From positions 224,001 through 288,000 of the forward strand of contig JAKFCY010000002.1 of the NCBI GenBank assembly GCA_036676395.1: a stretch of 64,000 nt of DNA. The letters run 5' to 3'. The first letter of the stretch is position 1. The number at the start of each line of letters is the position of its first letter. This stretch comes from Bdellovibrio sp. GTDB taxonomy: Bacteria > Bdellovibrionota > Bdellovibrionia > Bdellovibrionales > Bdellovibrionaceae. The notes under the pieces are model-generated. The model did no database searches. It saw only the letters and a program-made list of their open reading frames with translations, and was not told the origin of the DNA. The translations under genes and the position numbers were made by a program. Shown piece by piece: positions 58,585 through 64,000 of the stretch.

Positions 58585-59070
58585 CTATTCCAGATCCATG
58601 TTTTGCATGCGCATTTTCGGCATGTAAGTTTCAGCTTGTTCTAATAATGACAAGTGGGCCTGAGCCATGGCTTTAAGATTGGCTTCGAATTGCATTCTTG
58701 ATTTTTTAAGATCAGAAATTTCAGTGTAGATTTTACGTAAAGAATCTTTTGCATCACAAGTGATTGTTTCTGCCTTTTGTTGGGCCTCAGCAATGACTAA
58801 TTTGCATTCGTGTTCTGCTTCTTGTTTCATTTGATCTGATAACTTAGTCGCTTGCGTGATAGCGCTGCGTAAGACATTATCGCGATCACGAAATTCGTGA
58901 AGCTGTAATTCTTTTTCTTTAAGTTCTTCAGTTAGTGTTTGAATTTGTTGTGCAAGATTTTCAGTTTGCGCAGCAATAATCGTCAGAAAATTCACAACTT
59001 GTTCAGGATCAAAGCCCATCATCTTGCGATCAAAGGTCTTATTGATAATCTCAGTTGGGTAAAATTTCAT
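58585..59070 (-). CDS. divIVA: DivIVA domain protein
   Basis: P.EI.NKTF.RKMMGFD.EQV..FL N-terminus plus coiled coil; GGAGG SD. Confidence 0.92.
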   Translation of the reverse strand: MKFYPTEIINKTFDRKMMGFDPEQVVNFLTIIAAQTENLAQQIQTLTEELKEKELQLHEFRDRDNVLRSAITQATKLSDQMKQEAEHECKLVIAEAQQKAETITCDAKDSLRKIYTEISDLKKSRMQFEANLKAMAQAHLSLLEQAETYMPKMRMQNMDLE

Positions 59071-59222
59071 TTAATTCCTCCATGAATCAAATTACGAACC
59101 CGTTGGTCTCTATTTAAGTATAGGCAATCCTTGCCCTAAAAAAAAGTCGAGTCCAAGGATGTGGTCATATCCTGTACTTTAGGAGGAGGGCCAAAAGTCG
59201 TGCTGAATTGTGTCGTTTAAAC

Positions 59223-60068
59223 TTAGCTTAGACCTAAGTCTGTCTGGCGTGAGATTTCGCGTGAGCGAAGGGCGGCTTTTTCAAAGCTGATGCGTAAAGC
59301 ACGTTCGATCTCTAATTCGCGCATTGAATTTAAACCAGCTGCTGTAACCCCTTTTTTAGAAGTCACTCGCTGTTGTAATTCTTCGATATCTACACTTGAA
59401 GATTGCGCCGCTAATAGTGATGCACCAACAAACGTTTCGATCGTCATTACTTTGGCCTGTTCAGGTGTAAAGCCATGTTCAATGATCCAATCCTGCCAGT
59501 ACATCATCATTTCAAAAACAAAACCTGTACCGCTAGAGCAAGAAATCATTAAAGCATCAAATTGGTCTTCAGTGTCTAATTCTAAAATTACGCCTAACCC
59601 TGAAAACAGATCTTTCGTGATTTCAATAACAGCAACATCTTTTTTGTGCGCCAGTAATCCTAAAACACCGCGACCGATTAATGATGGCGTGTTTGGCATA
59701 AGTCGAACAAGGCGACCTTGGGGAATTAATTTTTCTAAGGAGTGCATCGGAATGCCAGCAGCTAATGAAATGATGATTTGATTTTCATCGAAAGCAGAAA
59801 CTAAATTTGCCATCGCTGCAGGTAAGTCTTGCGGTTTCATCGCTAAAATCACGATGTCACATTCTTCGACGATCTGTTCGTTATGTTCACGAATTTCGAT
59901 TTGATATAATTCTTTAAGCTTAAGTGGTTTACCCGGAGTGCGGTTCGAGACAAAAATCTGATCAGGTCTCATGAGCTTTGACTCAATCATTCCTTTAATG
60001 AGGGCCTGAGCCATGTGTCCTGCGCCGATGAAACCAATTTTGTAAGACCGAAGTAAAGGGTGAGTCAT
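59223..60068 (-). CDS. proC: Pyrroline-5-carboxylate reductase
   Basis: IGFIGAGHMA, LAMKPQ, SLAAG, RLMPNTP and VTSKKGVT motifs. Confidence 0.92.
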   Translation of the reverse strand: MTHPLLRSYKIGFIGAGHMAQALIKGMIESKLMRPDQIFVSNRTPGKPLKLKELYQIEIREHNEQIVEECDIVILAMKPQDLPAAMANLVSAFDENQIIISLAAGIPMHSLEKLIPQGRLVRLMPNTPSLIGRGVLGLLAHKKDVAVIEITKDLFSGLGVILELDTEDQFDALMISCSSGTGFVFEMMMYWQDWIIEHGFTPEQAKVMTIETFVGASLLAAQSSSVDIEELQQRVTSKKGVTAAGLNSMRELEIERALRISFEKAALRSREISRQTDLGLS

Positions 60069-60078
60069 ACTCGTTAGG

Positions 60079-61299
60079 CTACTGTACTTTTTGCCGTTCG
60101 CCAAATAAAACCGTGCCGATTCTGATCCATGTCGCACCTTCTTTGAGGGCGACTTGATAATCGTGGCTTGTGCCCATTGAAAGTTCTTTGACTTGTAAGC
60201 GATCCGCCAAGTTTTTTAATTTTTTAAAATGAACTTGATTGTCTGCAGCGACGTTTTGCAACGGCGGCATGGTCATTAATCCCACAATTCTAACATTTGA
60301 AAGTTTTGTCAGTTTTTCCCATGCGGCAATAACGCTGGCTTCGTCAAAACCCGCCTTAGTAGCCTCGTTCGCAAGGTTGACCTGAATAAAAATCTTTTGC
60401 ACATGGTTGATTTCTGAAGCCTTTTTTGAAACTAATTCGGCTAACTCGAGCGAGTCTATGGCATGTAAATAGGCAAAATGATTTTTTAAAAATTTTATTT
60501 TGTTTTTTTGGATCGGGCCGATCAAGTGCCATTCTAAATTTAAATCTTTCAAGGCTTCGATTTTTTCTAACGCCTCTTGAATATAGTTTTCGCCGAAAGC
60601 GCGCTGACCTTGGCTGGCTAAATCGCGAATTTTTTCGATCGGCTGAAGTTTGCTGACCGCGAGCAAATTCTGACCAGAAGAAAGCTGAGCTTTGATTTGC
60701 GCCAAAGGTGATTTTTCAAAAGTCCAATTTTTACCAGCAAATAATTTTTCTAAAGCTGTCAAAGGCAAGCCCACAACGTTGTTGTAGTCACCCACAAATT
60801 TTTCCACAAATTTTCCGCCCAAACCTTGGATGGCGTAAGAGCCCGCTTTATCCATCGGTTCGCCGGTTTTGATGTAATCCCAGATGTCTTGATCAGTTAA
60901 ATTTTTAAAATAAACCTGCGATGTCTCAATATGAGAAATAATATGACCATTACTTTGGTCCAGAAGGATGATCGCGGTTTTTACTTCGTGCATTTTGCCT
61001 GAAAGTTTTTTCAAAGTATCAAACGCATCCTGTTCGTTTTCAGGTTTTCCGATCGCTAAATTTTCTAAACAAACCATCGTGTCTGAAGCCAAAATAATAC
61101 CGCCTGGATTTTTGTCAGGACATTGGTCTAGGCAAGCCAACGCTTTTCTTTTTGCGATGTCGATTATTTGCTCGTCTAAGCTTAGGTTTTCATTCGGGAT
61201 TTCCGATATAAAGACTGGGAATGAGACAAAATAATATCCGGCTTTTTTTAAGATTTCAGCGCGGCGTGGAGATTGCGAAGCTAGGACAATTTTTTTCAT
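60079..61299 (-). CDS. Maf-family nucleotide pyrophosphatase fused to YggS (PLP homeostasis protein)
   Basis: N-half: LASQSPRR, SDT, GKP, LSG..H, DKAGSYAIQ, NVVGLP. C-half: AVSK, FGENYIQE, WHLIG.IQ.NK, GLMTMP, LSMG, GAT.IRIGT. One continuous frame. Confidence 0.9.
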   Translation of the reverse strand: MKKIVLASQSPRRAEILKKAGYYFVSFPVFISEIPNENLSLDEQIIDIAKRKALACLDQCPDKNPGGIILASDTMVCLENLAIGKPENEQDAFDTLKKLSGKMHEVKTAIILLDQSNGHIISHIETSQVYFKNLTDQDIWDYIKTGEPMDKAGSYAIQGLGGKFVEKFVGDYNNVVGLPLTALEKLFAGKNWTFEKSPLAQIKAQLSSGQNLLAVSKLQPIEKIRDLASQGQRAFGENYIQEALEKIEALKDLNLEWHLIGPIQKNKIKFLKNHFAYLHAIDSLELAELVSKKASEINHVQKIFIQVNLANEATKAGFDEASVIAAWEKLTKLSNVRIVGLMTMPPLQNVAADNQVHFKKLKNLADRLQVKELSMGTSHDYQVALKEGATWIRIGTVLFGERQKVQ

Positions 61300-61329
61300 T
61301 CAAATTAAATTTAAACCAAAAGAGGATCT

Positions 61330-62235
61330 ATGGGTAGTGCTGAACTCATGTTATTTACCGGGCTCATCTTAGCGGGTGTGTCGGTTTATCTTTTCATGAC
61401 GTCGATTCTGGCGGGTAAACCCGGCGAAGCTCAATTGCAATGGGCCAGCGGCACTGAACCAGTTAAATCTAAAAATGGAATCATCAATCTTTGTCGTCCG
61501 ATGGTGCATCAGTTCACTCTGCAGCATGCGGCAAAATTTAAATCAGAACAGTATCGTAAAAAAATTCGCCATTTGATCAAAACCGGCGGCATGTCATCAG
61601 AGATGAACGAAGATGAATTTATTGGTTACCAATTGTTTTTAGGAATCGCGTTTCCGATTTTTATTAACATCATGAATTTTTCTTTGGATCTTGGTTTTTC
61701 GCCATTGGTTTTATGTATGCTTGGTGTGGTGGGCTGGTTCATGCCACAAATGCACTGTAAGGCGCAAAAAAATGCCCGCACAATGAGTGTACAGGCCGAT
61801 ATGCCGTTTTTTATTGATCTATTAGCCTTGTCAGTCGAAGCCGGTCTTGATTTTTTCGGAGCCATTCAAAAAATCGTCGATAAAGTCGCTGATCCAAATT
61901 CAGTTTTGGCTGATGAATTAAAAACCGTTTTGAAAGATATTAAAGTCGGTTCGTCAAAAACAGATGCATTAAAAGAAATGGCAGCCCGTTTAGATATGCC
62001 CGAAATCACCAGTTTCGTGGCGGTGTTAATCGATGCTGAAGCCACCGGTGCAAGTATCGCGCAAGTGTTAAAAGATCAATCAGTGCAAATGCGTTTAGAA
62101 CGGTTTGTGCGCGCAGAAAAAGCCGGAGCACGCGCTTCGCAATTAATTTTATTACCATTAATGGGTTTTATTTTACCAGCGGTATTTATCATGGTGTTTG
62201 GCCCAGTGGTATTAGGATTTATTTACGGAAAATAG
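61330..62235 (+). CDS. tadC: Tad pilus assembly protein TadC (T2SS-F domain)
   Basis: P.FIDLLAL.VEAGL.F..A, G.S...L, R..RAE.A...L.LPL..FILPA motifs. Confidence 0.88.
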   Translation: MGSAELMLFTGLILAGVSVYLFMTSILAGKPGEAQLQWASGTEPVKSKNGIINLCRPMVHQFTLQHAAKFKSEQYRKKIRHLIKTGGMSSEMNEDEFIGYQLFLGIAFPIFINIMNFSLDLGFSPLVLCMLGVVGWFMPQMHCKAQKNARTMSVQADMPFFIDLLALSVEAGLDFFGAIQKIVDKVADPNSVLADELKTVLKDIKVGSSKTDALKEMAARLDMPEITSFVAVLIDAEATGASIAQVLKDQSVQMRLERFVRAEKAGARASQLILLPLMGFILPAVFIMVFGPVVLGFIYGK

Positions 62236-62248
62236 GAAAATAAGAACT

Positions 62249-62605
62249 ATGGCAAAACTTTATAAAATACAACACGGCGATAAAGCTGAGCTTTTGATTG
62301 AAAATCTAGAGCTGGCCGAATCATTTTTTGCCCGTGGTAAAGGTTTGTTAGGCAGAAAATCTTTAGCGGTTAACAACGCGCTTTGGATCAAACCCTGCAA
62401 CAACATTCATACCTGTTTTATGAATTTTGCTATTGATTGTATTTTCGTAAATAAAAAAATGGAAATTGAAAAAATCGTATCAGGTGTAAAGCCCTATAAG
62501 ATTGTAGGTCCATATTGGAAGTCGGCTTCAGTTTTTGAAACTGCAGCAGGATGTGCGCAAAAATGGAACCTTCAGGTAGGAGATCAGTTATATGTGGTCA
62601 GTTAG
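62249..62605 (+). CDS. DUF192-family protein
   Basis: AESFFARGKGLLGR, IHTCFMNFAIDCIF and V.E..AG motifs. Confidence 0.85.
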   Translation: MAKLYKIQHGDKAELLIENLELAESFFARGKGLLGRKSLAVNNALWIKPCNNIHTCFMNFAIDCIFVNKKMEIEKIVSGVKPYKIVGPYWKSASVFETAAGCAQKWNLQVGDQLYVVS

Positions 62606-64000
62606 AGTCTTATCCGGTCCACAAACCGGACAAATCTTTGATTTAAAAATGGGTAAAAATCTACTGGGTCGGGGAATGAACTGTGATTTCAAAATCACTT
62701 CGGGTGGTATTTCTAAAGATCACTGCGAGATTCATGTTTATAAAGATAAAGTGATCGTGGTTGATTTAAAATCAAGCAACGGAACCTTCGTCAATGGCGT
62801 AAAAATTCAAAATTCAATTATTAAACTGGGTGATAAAGTCAGCGTATTCGATGTGATTATGGATGTGATTCCGTCTCCGGATATTCGTCCAAAACCAGCC
62901 GCACCCCGTCCGGTCGCATTGCGTCCGCGGCCAGCAGCGCAACAACGCCAAATGCCTCCACAAATGTACAACCAGCAACCTCCGGCGTATCCAATGCAAG
63001 GCGGAGCGGCGATGCAAGCGCAAATGTATCAACAACCACTGAATGGAGTTCCACCACAGCAAAATAATTTTGGTGCGGCTATTGAAGTGCCAAAAACCTT
63101 TGGCGAGCGCATTGATGATTATATGGAAAACGTGGTGATGCCGGTATTTTATAAAATGTCGGTGGTGTTTCCATTTAAACAAGTTTTATTGGGCATGATG
63201 ATTTTATTTGTCGTGTTCGTGACGATAGCTTCGATGTTTCCTTTAACAACAATTTTGCGCGAATCTAATTTTAATGAAGCCGCTAAACGAGCAAAAAGTG
63301 TAGCGCGTGCTATGGCGCGTATTAATGAACAGGCCTTATTATCAGGACAAATTAATAACTTAAATGTGAGTGAAGCTTTAAAAGAAGATGGCATTAAAGA
63401 AGCTATCATTATTATGCAATCAGATGGTTCGGTTGTTGCTCCGACTGAAAAAGTCGGTCGTGATATGTCGAAATCTTTTGTGATTCAAGCGCGCAAAGAA
63501 CCGCGTGCGATGGCGGCTCCCGTTGATGATAATACCATCGGGGCAAGTCATCCGATCGCAGCTTATGATCCACTATCAGGTGAAACGACTGTTAAATACG
63601 TAGCGATTGTTTTTTATGATATCAGCTCATTAAATGTGGATGATGGCCGTGTGGTCAGTTTATTTATGCAGACGTTAGTCATCTCGGCGTTATTTGGTAT
63701 TGGATTGTATTTATTGTTTTCGCGTTTAATTGAATTTCCAATTCGTCAGCTGAACAAACAAATCGATACGGCCTTGCGCGAAAAATCTGATCGCACTGAA
63801 GTTGCCTTTGATTACCCAGAATTACAAAAAGCTGTAGCCAATGTGAATCTGCTTTTAAATCGTATGTGGAATGGTTTAAATGATTCTGAAACCATTAAAC
63901 CAAGTCAAAATCGTGATGTCGAATTTTCACAAATGGTGAATATGCTAACTCAGCCTGCTGCTGTCATTTCTGCAAATGGATCAATTACTTCGTGTAATCA
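62592..64000 (+). CDS. FHA-domain inner-membrane protein (FHA, P/Q-rich linker, TM, periplasmic domain, TM, HAMP-like), 3'-truncated
   Basis: Absent from the ORF track because it has no stop in the window. MWSVRVLSGPQTG...LGR...ISKDH...DLKSSNGTFVNG is an FHA signature. Confidence 0.88.
   Translation, partial: MWSVRVLSGPQTGQIFDLKMGKNLLGRGMNCDFKITSGGISKDHCEIHVYKDKVIVVDLKSSNGTFVNGVKIQNSIIKLGDKVSVFDVIMDVIPSPDIRPKPAAPRPVALRPRPAAQQRQMPPQMYNQQPPAYPMQGGAAMQAQMYQQPLNGVPPQQNNFGAAIEVPKTFGERIDDYMENVVMPVFYKMSVVFPFKQVLLGMMILFVVFVTIASMFPLTTILRESNFNEAAKRAKSVARAMARINEQALLSGQINNLNVSEALKEDGIKEAIIIMQSDGSVVAPTEKVGRDMSKSFVIQARKEPRAMAAPVDDNTIGASHPIAAYDPLSGETTVKYVAIVFYDISSLNVDDGRVVSLFMQTLVISALFGIGLYLLFSRLIEFPIRQLNKQIDTALREKSDRTEVAFDYPELQKAVANVNLLLNRMWNGLNDSETIKPSQNRDVEFSQMVNMLTQPAAVISANGSITSCN

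Noticed and set aside
59290..59781. 163-aa antisense ORF, and the many other short nested ORFs in the track
   Set aside because: Shadow frames of well-supported genes (here proC) with no motifs of their own.
1..64000. tRNA, rRNA, tmRNA, RNase P RNA or CRISPR arrays
   Set aside because: No matching signatures seen in any intergenic region by eye; a covariance-model scan would be needed to exclude them fully.

Overview
AT-rich bacterial chromosome segment. Gene content points to a predatory Bdellovibrionota cell (Bdellovibrio/Pseudobdellovibrio-like): tandem major outer-membrane porins, a PBP4-like endopeptidase, lipoprotein proteases and a yggS-proC-divIVA/tadC-FHA block. The housekeeping backbone is menF-menD-menH, pip, add, transketolase, pcnB, a DEAD-box helicase, mutY, speB, msrA, ubiB, rnr, tsaA, valS, divIVA and proC, interspersed with many exported hydrolases. 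The top candidate for an undescribed system is an exported deaminase-type amidohydrolase followed by a lipoprotein with two uracil-DNA-glycosylase-like domains (16964-20806), a possible extracytoplasmic 'deaminate and excise' nucleic-acid module. Also notable are a ~595-nt promoter-to-terminator transcript packed with helices (candidate large ncRNA, 57906-58534), a teneurin-like 2880-aa Rhs toxin with a lipoprotein and a candidate immunity gene, two secreted CX5R phosphatase-like paralogues and a Maf-YggS fusion. I found no tRNA, rRNA, CRISPR array or transposase. All calls come from reading motifs by eye; no database searches were run.
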